Below, one piece after another: positions 50,320 to 63,770 of a DNA stretch of 64,000 bases. The stretch lies in NCBI RefSeq assembly GCF_006345805.1, contig NW_021831285.1, forward strand, positions 62,001 to 126,000. The letters are read 5' to 3'. The notes beneath the pieces are model-generated. The model did not search any database. It was not told where the DNA came from and was given only the letters and a program-made list of their open reading frames with translations. Both the position numbers and the translations under genes were made by a program. Numbering within the stretch: the stretch's first letter is position 1; every line of letters starts with the position of its first letter. The stretch comes from Octopus sinensis (taxonomy: Eukaryota).

Positions 50320-51930
50320 GAAATCTCAGTTTTTGGCTCGTATAAGCTTATACCGTTTGTGGTATTTGGTGACCAGTCCTAGCTCGTTTGCAAGGAGGTC
50401 ATACTTCCTCCTTTTCTTCACTTCCACTATCTGCAAACGGTCTAGGCACGTGATGCCTACCTCCACGATAACAATCTCTTCCGTGACCTTATCATGGACC
50501 ACAATATCGGGTCTGTTGTGCTGAACAACAATCGAGGTGCGTATGGGCACCCGCGAGTTCTTACACACCGATTGAACTCGATGGGTTCGCAACTTTCTGA
50601 ACCGCCTCAAGCCATACTTATTGCAGAGCAAAAGATGGAGGGACCTCACCACCTCGTTATGCCTCCATGTGTAATCATGGTAAAGCATACTTCCGCACTT
50701 CGTGGCTAAATGATCAACGGTCATTGTCCTACTCTTACAGTGGTTACACTCACTCTTTCCGTTGACCATTAAAAAGTTTATGTCCTGCAAATATGAGAAC
50801 AACCCTTCAGGACAGCCACGTTGAGACAACGATACGTCAATGTGTGACTCAGTCCACGTCCTAGCTGCCCGCGAGACAAGTACAATCTCTCCTTATTGCT
50901 TGCCAATACGTGGACGTGATTCTCTCGGAGTACTCTTCGGACAATAAGGTCCATTTAATCGTACTCACTCGGCTCGAATTCGATCAGGCCAACGTAGTAG
51001 TTTAGCAATGAGATGGCGTACTCGTTCAAGGCATGAAATAAGTTCCGTGCATTGAGCCGAGTTTTACATAACATTTCTGCCCTACTACGCACACCCTCCA
51101 CTACACACTTTCTCGTTTCGGGTGTGATTAATGAGGCTGGGCTCTCAACCACACCAAGATACTTATATCCTTGGTGTTCCTCCAAGACTTTGAGTAGGTC
51201 ACCGTACACAGGGGTGTTAGTCGCCGACTTGTTGTAGTTGAGCTTCAACCCCACGGCCTTCATGAAACCTTCCAAGACTTTGCCCATCGAGTGGAGAATC
51301 TCTGAAGACCGAGCAAACAGTTTGATGTCGTCTATGAACATGAGATGGTTGGTGCTAAAACATCCTCCTTCATGTTCGATCAACATTTGTTCGAATTGGG
51401 CAGTGAGGACTTTACTCAGCGGTTCTAGGCAGAGGATAAACAGCAGCGGAGACATTCTGTCGCCCTGTAATATGCCCCTCTCTAGCTTAACCTCGCCTAT
51501 ATCGCATTTGTTGTAGTGTAGATGCAGGTTCCACCTGTCCATCACAGTTGCAACAAATTTGATAAACCACGAAGGCAACTTGAGCCTTCGCAGACACTCA
51601 ACGAGGTAGGCATGATCAACCGAGTCATATGTCTTCTTCAGATCCACCCACATCGACACTAATGAGTTTCCGTGGGCTCTCGCAAGTCATTTGTTGATCA
51701 ATGCCTGCTCCTTAGCTCCCTGGCAATCCCGCCGAGTACCTAACTGGTTCTCGGACAGAATCTCATTCACCTCCACGAAATTTCTGACCTCAGTAGCCAC
51801 CACCTTAGTCATCAACTTGTGCAGGTTGGGCATACAGGTTATCGGACGATAATCTGTTGGAGCGGAAGGGTTATCTACTTTAGGAATCAAATAAGTTACC
51901 CCAGTACATAACCACTCTGGAATCGAGCCA
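50320..51930 (-). mobile_element. Second R4/Dong-like RLE element, internally deleted
   Basis: DYRPITCMPNLHKL, VDLKKTYDSVDH, GILQGDRMSPLLF, FIDDIKLF, TVDHLATKCG..WRHNEVV, RPDIVVHD, KYDLLANEL. Confidence 0.88.
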
Positions 51931-51989
51931 GGGTCTAAACCTTTTTGGTTTCGAATATCCGAACTAGGATGTCACGACCGATCGGATGT

Positions 51990-52620
51990 ATTTCGAAATT
52001 AAAAGATGTTTCTGCTGACAATTCTTCAGGTTACTTAAAATATCTACCTTCTACAGATTCGATAATCGGTAACTAATTTGTTCCTAGAATTCCTCGATAA
52101 CGCTTGAATGGGGTCTCATTCGAGAATGAATGCATCGTTGTATTGTAGCAATACACCGAATATTTGAGAATGGAAACCCATTTATTTTCATTAGGGCACT
52201 TCAACTTCGACAGTGATCTCGTAATTGTCTGATTAAAGGGTTCGACTATACCCTACAAAATAATGTATTCCATAAGATAACCTGTGATCTAGGGTTATTA
52301 GTTCTGCCGTGGATCTGTTGAATTTTATACTTCTCGGAAAGAACCCGAATGTCAATATTTTTGAATTCTGTCCCATTGTCCGATTGTAGAATCTGACAGG
52401 GACCCATAAGATGAAATAGGGACTCGAGATTTTTTGAAACCTCGACTACTGACTTACTAATTAAATACTTATCATTTTTTGACAAAAATTGGAAGCTTTT
52501 TTGGCCAACCGGCGTTTGCTTCGGGCATTCATATCTTCCGGGAATATCCCGATTAACGCTTACTTAATTTGATTTTTTAAAGGACAGGTTGCCCATAGCG
52601 ACGTTGTTGCCCATGTCACA
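51990..52620 (-). mobile_element. Ginger-like (retroviral-type integrase) DNA transposon fragment with one terminus
   Basis: ILQSDNGTEF..IHGRTNNPRSQ, then GIVEPFNQTITRSL..KWVSIL..YNTTMHS..TPF; terminus TGTGACATGGGCAAC at 52620, with a similar terminus ending 53868. Confidence 0.7.
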
Positions 52621-53489
52621 TATTATTTTCTTAATTTTATACAAAAACACACAAACATAAAATGTCAAAATTACTTTACACAAAAAATTCTTACATTTAC
52701 ATCAGCTATACAATACCTCCCCCTAACAATCTTACAATTAATTCAGGGATCAAATTTATGGAAAAAATCAATCCCTTTTTCCATTAGAAGAGAAGATTCG
52801 TTAATTATTGAAAAAATCAAACCGAAGACTTCCTTTTTTCCATTTCTGTTTCAAGGTTTTTGTTGATACGTGGCATTCCAGATTGTTTGGCGACAAAAAC
52901 GTACTCTTTGTTTTCTACCTTTATTTTACGTCTGTGTTTAATGGGCATACTCTCCAGCCTCCTCCTTGAGACAATGACTGAATTTATGTCGTTGTTCCTT
53001 GTTCAATGATTTACTTATTCACAAGACTTTTATAAATCTTTAAGACAAATTCATCCCATTTAAAGATTACAGGAATAATCTTGCTTTTTAATCCAAAATA
53101 ATTAAAATGCAATTAAGCTGCAATTTATTTGCTATTTACAGATTGAATATAAGCATAAAGTAGTAAAGACTAAATTGTGGAAAACGAGGAAGATGTGTGT
53201 CTAATTAGTTCAATTAAAAGATTTGAAAAAAAATCAAAATATAAAAAACAACAAACGGGACTGCCATATTATTTTAATAAAAATGATAATTATTTGTTAA
53301 AATAAAGTAAAACTCATCAATTACGTCAATTAGTGCTATTTTCGATATATTAAACTAGCGGTTCTCAATTTTTTAAGACAGGAGAGCATTTATGCACTAT
53401 AAAATTTTGTTTGCTATTGGCGTACAATTTTTGGCCTCGTCGTAGACAGGTTTTGACTAATTGTTATATAAAAATGACATGAATATTAT

Positions 53490-53760
53490 GAAAATAACAG
53501 ACAATTTAACAGTTGGGTGTAGATAAGTCTCTACAGGCTTATATACAGTCAATTGTTCTTAAGAGGACTCTGGAGAGTGTCTCGTTTGATGCTCGCCGAT
53601 CCAGCCTTTTCCTGACGTTTAGTCAGCGAGAGACGCTGGACTGCACCTTCTCGAAGGTCCACAGTGCCAGAGAAGAGGAGGAAGAAAGGGAGGAGGTGCG
53701 TGGAGTACCACCCTCTGTTCACTTCTAAAGCACTCGACTTAGTTAGAAAAATTACTTAGC
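53490..53760 (+). mobile_element. R4/Dong-like element 3' tip
   Basis: YIQSIVLKRTLES matches YIQSVVLKRTLES near 16760. Confidence 0.7.
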
Positions 53761-53999
53761 TAATTAGTTTCTTTTTTAATAAAGTTATTAGTATTAATTT
53801 GTTAAGTAGTTGCCGTAGTAACACATAAAGGATAGGTTGCCCATAGGGGCCTGATTTCCCATGTCACATATTATAGTAAACTTCACAATTAAAGAAGTGA
53901 CGCTATATGAATTTGACGTATCTCTGGTGCTTTTTTCGCCAAAAGCCTGAATCATATTATGTTGTTAAAATTACTGTTTCTGAACACATGCGGCCAGAG

Positions 54000-55047
54000 A
54001 TCTCAAAAAAGATTTTTAAAAAATGTTAAATATTTTTCTGACTAGAAAACTAGTGTAGATACAGTATCTATAGCAACGGATAGATCCCCTACAATGATCG
54101 GAAATCATAATGGATTTATTCGCATTTTGTCGGAAAGATGTTTATTCACAAATTTTTTAACACATCATCGTATCATTCACCAACAGGCATTATGTGAGAA
54201 AATGTTAAATGTTTATTATGTTATGCAGATCACCGTTAAATTTATTAATTCCACCCGAGCCAATGCCTTAAAAAAAGATTAAAAAAGTCGATGCAAGTCG
54301 ATGCTTTTACATTGTGACACAAGATGGTTAAGCAAAGGATTAATTTTCACTCATTTCAAATAATTATTATATGTTAAAGAATTGTATTTTTTTTACTTTC
54401 AACGAGTTTTTCATTATTTAATTCTACGTCTAATTATCGGCAGAAGACAAAATAGAATGGCAATTCCCACGTAAGATAACTATTGATATGCGTTGTTAAA
54501 GAATTATCCAAAGAAAACAACAATCATTGATATTTTCTTGAATATCGTGATTGGTTATTAAACTTGGCAGTTTTAATTGATATTGCCACAAAACTGAATG
54601 AATTTGATTTAGAATTATTGAGTCTTGAAGTTGAGTCAAGAAAAATTAAAATAAAAATTATGAATCTAAAATGATCTCACTTTAAAATCATATTCAAATG
54701 TAAAAATTTGGAGATTTATGCCTTCAAAAAAATATTCAATTTTAATAGATTTTTATCAACGAATTCTTTCATTCTTTGGAAGCACATAACATCATTTCAA
54801 AGCATGAAAATGATACAATCTCAATACAGGACCCGTTTAACGAATGACCATCCTTGGGATTGAATTAGAATAGCAATAAGCTTATACGAGCCAAAATTCG
54901 GAATAATCGGAAGAGAATTATAATGCCAAAAAATTCATTAACTTTTAATTATAAAATAAAAATTTTGTAATTAAAATTTATAAATCAATCGCCAAAAATC
55001 GCAATATGGAAAGTAGCTTGCCGGTAAAAAAGGTTGGCCATCCCTAC
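54000..55047 (+). mobile_element. hAT (GTF2IRD2/SPIN-like) transposase remnant
   Basis: SIATDRSPTMIG..HRIIHQQALC; terminal AAAAAGGTTGGCCATCCCTA. Confidence 0.68.
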
Positions 55048-55210
55048 CGTATCAGAATGAATTTTTGTTTTATTGAAAGACACTATTTTTTGTCACTTCT
55101 GAGTCATAATAAAAAGTGAAATATATTTCAAAAAATAACTCGTTATACTAATAAAAGAACGAATGATCAGCACGAAAATTTTAAAATAATTTTATATTCT
55201 TGTGGGACCA

Positions 55211-55896
55211 ATGTTAACTCGTTTTCCTCGTTTTTCGGTTCTTTCGAGAGCACCCATAATCATCGATCCTTCAAAATTAGACAGAGAAGAACAAAAACAT
55301 AAGGAATCCAGAGAAAGACGAATGGCAGAAAGCAATGCGAGTTTTGCCGATCCATTCAACCTAAAACTGGCGGCTCTTTGGCCAAACATGAAGAACAAGT
55401 CCTACCGTCAGGCCTCACTCACAGATTCCATAATCTACATCGACAGCGAAGGTATCCCACTTCCCTGAGCAAAAAGAATTTGAGAACACATACATGGGCA
55501 AGCCAGTCTGGAACTATTACCGCAGAAATGACCCCACACGGAAATTGCCGAGAAGGGCCTGCAGTGTATTATTCACTGAGTGCATCGTTTAGTACAAAGA
55601 AAAATACACCACGTGCTATCCCTGTCCTATTTGCCGAGATGAGAGACTTCTGGTTCATCACGAGGTTAGGAGCGCACTTGTTTTGTAGAATTGGAGACTT
55701 TTGGAACATTTTGTCGATTTCAACACATGCAAATTATTTTCTATCCGTAAAGTCGGTTTTGTTTTTTTGAGCACGTTTAGGGCTGTGTGTAAAACAGTAC
55801 AAACAAGTCGAGGTACATTTCGCTAAGGCACAAGATTCCGGGGTTATTCCCGTGGATATTCCATTCGTTTATTACCCCAGTAGTTACTATTTTTAG
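55211..55896 (+). CDS. MRPS18B: Mitochondrial ribosomal protein S18b (mS40), 4 micro-introns
   Basis: Spliced: YIDSEEFENTYMGKPVWNYYRRN..RRAC..YPCPICRD..LLEHFV..GLCVKQY..AQDSG; introns 55452-55476, 55566-55592, 55665-55688, 55756-55780. Confidence 0.9.
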
Positions 55897-57249
55897 AGTT
55901 TTTTTCATTTTTTGGTCTCGATTTAGTCCCTTTACTATTTTATTATTTAATAATAAATAAATTAAAAAGACAATATATATTTGAATATATTTTTTAATGC
56001 GTGACTCTGTGCGTAGTCTGCCATCTGCGTATATTTTATAATATTTTAATCGCATTAGAACACTCAAAATTCCATTCGAAAATGCTGAATATGCAGCAAT
56101 TGCCTACAACAGTCTTTTGGTAGATAAGGAGCCGAAACGATCAGGGTCTGTCAAAACGTTGAGAATTGAAGAGAATATTTTAATATTGTAAAATTATTAT
56201 AAACTATCGACTTAGCGAAATTAGATCAAACGATCTCCACTCACAGAGACTCTCCCTGAACTCTCTAATTGAGCATATTGATATTGTCAGTAAGACTATT
56301 GACAAATTTAGTACTTAAATACGTTCTTATTTTTTTTATTTATTGTCATTATTTATTCAGAAGGTCATTGGTTCGAATCCCAAGTTCATTTTTAGAAATA
56401 TTTAGAGAATACTAATAATTATATCAAAGGAAGGTTTATTAGGTGGAGTGTAGTCTACTTTTTAGTTCTAGTTGCCATAATGATAGTCATTTAGACATTA
56501 TTATTAGCTGTGTTAATGTTATTTTGAGTCAATTTATTAAAGTTTTCTTCTTCAATTTGTTTCAGTTTGGAATTTAAGGCATAGATCTACCGAAATGGGT
56601 AATTTGTATTATTAACCATGTCTCGCTGTTTACTTGTTAATTTTCTCATTTCTTTTTTAGATTGTTTGTTCATTTCCTCATTCGTCATTCTTTGATCTAT
56701 TTAAATAAAAGTGATTTCTATAGTAACTATAATTTGATTATGATTGATACAATATTTCTTTTGAAGTTCAGTTATATATCAAATGAATGAATTTGTTCTT
56801 ATAAGTCTGCTTTCGCCGTCTTCAATATTATATTCTTCGGATTTAAACGAATATCAAACGTATTATTTTCTAACGACTTAAATTGTTCGGAATGCAATTT
56901 GTTAGAAATACTGCAAATGACGTAGTCATTTTTGAATTTAAATTTGATAATATTTCAAAAAAATTAGACACATAACGATCGTTCAATGATTGCAGTTTAG
57001 GATGCCCTCCCAGTTTCACGGATTGCGAAACAGTTGGCACGGATTACGGCAATGGTTGGTATTCATTGGTATCCTGGTGCTAACGCTGGCACAGGAACAT
57101 CAACCTATTAAAAAAAGTCTGTGGAAGTTCTGAATCCAAGAATCATTGAAAAAAATTTATGTGAATTAGTTAATAATTTGAAAACTTCTATTGGATGGAT
57201 AACCATTGGAGATACACTCCAAAAGGTTGAAGGACTATTCGTAGATCGT

Positions 57250-59150
57250 TAAGAATTTTATGAAAGGAAATGAAAATCCAATTCTTATTGGAGACTGCAA
57301 TGCCACACATTTTAAATATGGATGCGTGAAATCTAATCGAGATAAAAAATGTTTACTTGAAATAAAGGAATCTTCGAACTTTCAAATTTTCACTTCTGAA
57401 GAGCTTAACCATTTTCAGCAACAAATTGGTGATAGATTAGGATTGTTTATTGTTGGCAATTAGGATTGTTTATCTTCCACAAACGATGAAATTACAAATT
57501 GGATCAATTTTCGTTGAGCATGTATTTATTGGTTATAATATCAACAACATTGATTGGAATCACTTTAATTTTTATGTGGCAATGAAATTGGCAAATGCTC
57601 GAAAATTAAAAATATAAAATCGTGATAAGATCAATGATCTGGATGAAAGAATAAGAAAAGTTATTACAAATTATTTGGAGAATTATGGAAACAAGAGGTT
57701 TCTCTTCTCATAAAAAATCGATTGATAAATGAAGAGCAATCTAAACTTTTTCGTAAAAAAATCTTGAACATAGTAAAGGAGAACTCTAAACTCTCTCATA
57801 AAATCCGAATTTTTGGAAACTTTTCTTAAAGATGAGTTTCGATAAAAAAAAAGAGATAAAACTCAGGTCAAATGAAAACAATCTAATTCCGAATGGTGAA
57901 GTACCTGAGAAGTTAAGAGAACAGCTAGCTCGGATTCAAGAGGTGGACCCTTTGTCGGTGATTTCACGGACTATACAAAATGGTATGTGTCTTTAGAAAA
58001 CGCCATCGCTTACAGAGGAACCATTATGTGGAGCAATTTCTATGGAAGAAATCATGTTAGCAATAAATGGATGTAAAAATAAATCTCCCGGTTTGGATTA
58101 CATACCGATGATTATCTTCAAAAAGGCGGAAACGCCTTTATTATATGAATTATAGAAATTATTTAATTCTTCGTGGAGTACCGGGCATGTTCCCGAAACG
58201 TGGAAGAGGACAATTGTTCGGATGATCTCAAAGAAGCGCAAGCCGAGTTCGGATCCTGCTGAATTACAGGCCAATTAGCCTCATATGCGCAATCTCCAAA
58301 ATCATGGAAAAATTATTTTTAACAGACTATCAACTTATATCGAGGATAATCAATACCTTTTGCAAGAGCAATGGGGTTTTTGGCGTGGCAGGGGCGCTGG
58401 AAATTGCTTTTCGCTAATAAAGGAGGCTATTTATACTGCACAAAGAAAAAAAGAATATCTTACTGCCAGATTTCTAGACATATCAAAAGCGTTTGATAGT
58501 GTCTGGCATGCCGGTTTATTACAAACTTTACACAATTTCAATATCAAAAAGACGGCCTTAGTTTGGATGAAGAGTTTCCTCTCGAAAAAAATCTCGCTTA
58601 TGAGAGGAGTTCCACAGGGATCTGTCATCAGTCCACTTTTATTTAATTGTGTCGTGTGCGACATTCCTAAAGTGGATCATCCTAACATGGAGATGATCAT
58701 TTGTGCAGATGATATTTTACTTATGGATCTTTCCATGAGCAAATCAATATTATGGAAAAGAACTCTTGGTCATATTGAAGATGGTTTAAAGATAAAGGCT
58801 TGTCTCTATCTTTTGAAAAAGTACTGTCCTGGATTGGTAAGAGTAGAAGGATACGTGATTTTTGTATTGATACTTGAGTAATAAAATCTGAGAAAAATCT
58901 AAAATATTTCGGAATAGTTGTAGATGAATCTGGATCTTTTAATAATCATATAATCAGCAGAACCATTGCTGATCTATGGATTACGGGAATGTTTCAAAAG
59001 CAGCGAGGGAACGAAACACATAAAGCTTTTGGATGAAATACGGAGATTTTTAATTAAATTGGCGTATAGTTTGGATTTAAAATTCAAATTAATCACAAAG
59101 TTGAAGGGATCTTACGATCCATTAATAAATTATTGCATCACATAAGTAAA
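57250..59150 (+). mobile_element. Old Jockey/I-like LINE (APE and RT), heavily degraded
   Basis: ILIGDCNATH (APE); KSPGLDYIP, QWGF, DISKAFDSVWH, GVPQGSVISPLLFN, CADD. Confidence 0.8.
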
Positions 59151-59473
59151 TAGTGATGCATGGGGTAATTTTCCTTTTAGTTAAAGGAACATATGATGTC
59201 TCGTTTCAGTTTGCCCCAATCAGCAAAAACAAACTCGGTTCTTTCTCCTTGGCTTTGTTTTGATTCTTGCATTTTCTCTTTTAGTTAGTTAATGACGAGT
59301 TTGTAATCTAGAAAATAAACCTTTCTGTTCTGTTTTAAATAATCAAGGGAAAGATTTTTTAAAAAATGCATAAATTATTTGTTTATTTTTTATTTTTTCT
59401 ATCAAATAAAGGTTTCCAAGTAAACCAAATTCTGTCGAAATCGTACTGCCCATTAAAAATTGATTTATAAAAT

Positions 59474-61404
59474 ATGTCAAACATGGCTACAGAAACCGAT
59501 AGCTTATTAGATAAAAATAACCAAAGTATAATACATCAACTTAATATAAAGTCAGCCAAATAAAGGGCACACTCACGGGCTATATTAACAAGCACACAGG
59601 AGTCAAGTATTACAACTCAGGGACCCAGTCAGACCCTAAGCCAATTCCACCTCACCCCGTCGACAGATTTCCTCAGGATTCCCAGACCTTCGAAATTAAA
59701 AATGAGTAGGCTGAATGACAACAAATTGGTTAGTGCTGTACAAACTCTGAACGATGCATCCACTCAAATGGACGGACTGGGCGTTTACACGAGCAAACGA
59801 AATTGCCATTTTCTGATACCCAAAACGTACATGAGTTATGAAGAGATCACTCGCATGAGGATATCCGCTGTTTCTTTAGAGAAGTTAAGTTGACAGGCAA
59901 TCACCATACAAAAATATGTACGTCGGTGGCTCGCTGCGGCCTACGTTGAGGATTTACGAAGAAAAAGAAAGGAAAAATTACTTTGGGAAGAGGAAATTGA
60001 AAAGAAAATTGTTTTCGAACGAGACCAAAAAATTTGTAAAGACTACGAGCGTAGAATAAATCCAAAAACCAAAGAAGACTTTGATCTTTTATACAATCTA
60101 TTAGAAAGTATGATTTTTTTATTAATTAAATAATATTTATTAATTTAAATTTAGAATGGAAGGCCGAACAAATAAAATTAATTACCGATCAAATCCCCGA
60201 CATTGTAGATAGAAAAGCACATCTTTATGAACTGAATCTTCAACATGTTTCTCTCATCCAATCCATCGATCGGAGGCGTGTCGCTGTACTACAAGAACAG
60301 AAAGAATCAAACTTACAAAAACTATTTAACAAAGTATTCCACTCAAGGTTAATCAAGACAGGCAGCCGAACCCCTAAAATGGAAGATCACTTCTGGTGGT
60401 GTGTGCCACGTGGACAACGCTTACACAATTCGAGCGCGGGAACTAAATAATATATACTCGTCCCTAAATTTGCATTATCTGACCACCGATGAACGCTTGG
60501 ACATTTTGTTGACTCTGAAGAACACTGTCTCAGTATATTTGTTTATATTACTTGGGAATATAACTCAAAACTTGGACGGGAAATCTGCAATTTGGCAGAC
60601 CGAGAAGCATCGTTGTTGCTCAGAGAAGTAGAGGTGAGCAAACTAGGAGGGCTCAGACTGCGTCTGTCCAACCTCTTTGCTCGATTTTTGGAGAATCCCC
60701 TGTTTAATCCCAGAATCTCCGAGTTTACCAAAGTATAGTGTTCCCTACTATATGTAAGCACTACCACGAAGATACATATTTCGCTAAAAATTTATTTTGT
60801 TGTTGTAATTGCGGGAAATATGGAGGTTCCCGTGAGTTTGTCATCTCAAACCGCTCGCTATCCATAAACAAGTGCATAAACTGTGATCGCACGGACAACC
60901 AGGCACGCAAGAGGGCATATTTCCACCATTTCCGTGTCATGTTAAACGAATTAAAGGCTGAGGAACAACAGTACGATGACGATTCGAGAATTGTGCATAT
61001 TATTAAGGTTAATCTTTTAATATAATTAGAGGAACCCGACTTTCGGCATTTGATCTACAACATTTGGCAATCTCGGAGTTTTTTTAGCAGTCACAAAGAC
61101 ATATTTGATCTGTGCTGTATTCGCTGGAATAAGAACATGGAATGGTCCCCCTGGAACTGCTTGGTTGTGACCAAACATGAGGCGGTTTCTCATTACAGGG
61201 TCACAGACATTGACCAGGTTGTCTCAAATTGACAAATTGTAGACTTATTCCCCAAACATCATCAATACTGTAAGACAGAAACACATTCTGGGAATGCATT
61301 ATTTTAAAAATTTGCCAAAAATTGGAAAGCGTTTGGACCGTTCTAACGAAATTGTCAATGCTGTGTTGACAATCGGAGGAATGAGTTTAGGGACTCAGAC
61401 TTAA
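59474..61404 (+). CDS. IQUB: IQ and ubiquitin-like domain protein (radial-spoke component), about 9 introns
   Basis: TGVKYYNSGTQ, ITIQKYVRRW (IQ), RRINPKTKEDFDLLYNLLE, YTIRAREL, ERLDILLTLKNTV, PLFNP, RWNKNMEWSPWNCLVVTKHEA. Confidence 0.92.
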
Positions 61405-61659
61405 CTAATACTATCACATTAATCATTAAAAATTAAACATTTAATAGCAGCTCGTTCAAGTCTACTTCAGATGGGAATGCACTTGAAAAAAACACTTATA
61501 AAATGTTTATTTCACTGCAACATACGCTGTCCATAAAACAGTTTATTACTACGACATAATTCGTGTTTCAGCGAGACTTATTACGAAAGATATCTTAGGG
61601 TTAAAATAGAAATATGCCAAGAATTTAACGTATTTGAACATACGTCTACTTTATTATTT

Positions 61660-62360
61660 ATTTTATTAATACATCAAGACCACGGTAAAAACCGCGCAAA
61701 CGTCACGTCATCCCGATGCACTCAACCAAGGGCCTCATCCTCCCTCGGTGATCTTCCCACGAGCCCCCACAAAATCGCACCGAGCGGCGGGCCGCATTTG
61801 TCGGGGTATTTGCAAACAGACTGAGGTTCAGCTTGATCAGGTCTTTCAGGGGAGCCGGACCGGAGCATTTGTTATCGTGCGACCAACGTTCGGTTAATCT
61901 GTGGGCCCTTTGTTGGACCTCCTCAATTCGCCTCCTGTTGGACCACGATAACCGCGGACCCTATGATTTTCAGGCGTAGGAAATGGACGGTTCAAAGTAT
62001 TGACAGTAAATATTCGCCAATACCGAGTGGGAACCATTTTTCCATCAACCGGATAGACTTCTGAGCACGTCCATTTTTTTTCTCACATTTACGAAGGAGG
62101 TTGTCTGCGTGCTGGGAGAAGCAGAGGTGCATGTCAAGGGTTACTTCTAGAACCGTCTGACTTTTGTAGAAGGGTACAGACACATTGTTCAGCTTCAAGT
62201 CGACTGAAGTCCTTCCCAATCTTTTGTCGGATGTGAAAATTGTGATAAAGTTAAAGTTGTACAGATTGCAATTCTTTAGTTTTGAGTTCAATATCTCTTG
62301 GAACAATGGCCAGTTCGCCGCACTGTAATTGTATAGAAATTGTATTAGACAATACAATTG
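61660..62360 (-). mobile_element. LINE 3' fragment (Jockey/I-like)
   Basis: VLEVTLDMHLCFSQHA, RRIEEVQQRAHR, A-rich 3' end near 61660. Confidence 0.6.
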
Positions 62361-62489
62361 CCGGACTTAAAAATGATTAGAATTATTTATAATAAGATTT
62401 TAATAAGCTTGGCTCTCTATTAACCAATGACCTACTCCCACTGGGCTCAGGCACACTCATCCTAATACAAAAAGCCAACAAAACCTCCG

Positions 62490-63770
62490 TCCTGTAATAC
62501 TACTAAACACTCTGAGAAACCTTTTCACACTCGTTGCACTCGGTCGCATAACCCGAACTGTTAATGAATATCTCTCCCCCAGTCACAGCGGATTCAGGAC
62601 TGGAAGATCCACAGCTGATATAGTCTGGAATCAAATGGCGCTGCGCTGTCCAGCAAAAATTCAAGAAAGCTACGGCTATCCTTGATATCGATATGTCATA
62701 GGCTTTTGACTGTGTCCGTCGTGACCTACTGATCGGGGTTCTGGAAAGCTTCCTAGAGGTGGATGAAGTGAGAATGATACGGTTACTACTTACTAAGACA
62801 GAACTTTCTGTTCGTATTGGGTCAGTCTCCTCCAGGCGGTTCAAAACGAATGTCGGCACACCTCAAGAGGATTCTTTCTCCCCCCTGCTATTTGTAATCT
62901 ATCTGGAAGCCGCCTTGAGAGATTTGAGAACTTTCTATAATGATTCTATCACCGAAATTGTATATGCCGACGATGTGGACAATAGATGATCTAATTCATC
63001 TACTAAACAATTTCTCACGGGTGCTTAACAAATGGTTTTCGATAATTAACACTTCCAAAAAAGAATTGACGGAGATAAAACGAATGGACATCAGAATTGG
63101 TAACGTCAACAAACTCGGCTCTTTACTTGGAGACAGTGAAGACATTTCTTGCAGAAAGATGCTTGCTACCGCAGCTCTGAACAGAATACGTAAAAATAGC
63201 TCCAAGCTTGGCCGATAAATCGGGCCCTCAGATCAAGGCTTTATAATGCATTCGTAAAGCCTGTTCTACATTATACAACTCGTCAACATGGGGGATCTCG
63301 GACACTGAACTGAAGACTATAGATCTTTTCACCGTAAACAACTACGTCTCTTACACGGAATACAGTGGCTATCAAAAATTAACAATCTATCTCTGTATAG
63401 ACATTACGATGCTACGCCGTTGTCTCAAGAAATCGTTGGAGCCCGGTCGAAATTATTTGGTTATACTTTGCGAATGGACCCCAGAGCTCCGGCCAATCGC
63501 ACATTGGACAATTATTTCTCCAAACATGGAGATAAATATTGTGGAAGACCTAGATTCACTCTTCCGGCAGTTCTGGAAAGGGATCTTAGACTTCATAGCA
63601 AAAGTTTCAAAAACTGGGACGACCTAGAATCTTTGCGGGATTTCGCCCGCAACAAAGGGGCATGGACGAGGATGGTCCAGAAAATTATTTCGCTTGTGAC
63701 ACGTGTGGGATTATAACTTTGTTTATGTTCCTACGAAATGTGTTATAATAATGGCTCTCTATCAGAAGAC
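62490..63770 (+). mobile_element. RTE-like LINE RT, 5'-truncated
   Basis: SGFRTGRSTADIV, AFDCVRRD, NVGTPQEDSFSPLLFVIYLEAAL, YADDVD, LFGYTLRM, GRPRFTLPAVL. Confidence 0.87.

Noticed and set aside
56355-56385. tRNA or tRNA-derived SINE (GGTTCGAATCC B-box)
   Set aside because: T-stem is imperfect; no A-box, D-arm or acceptor stem in the AT-rich upstream sequence
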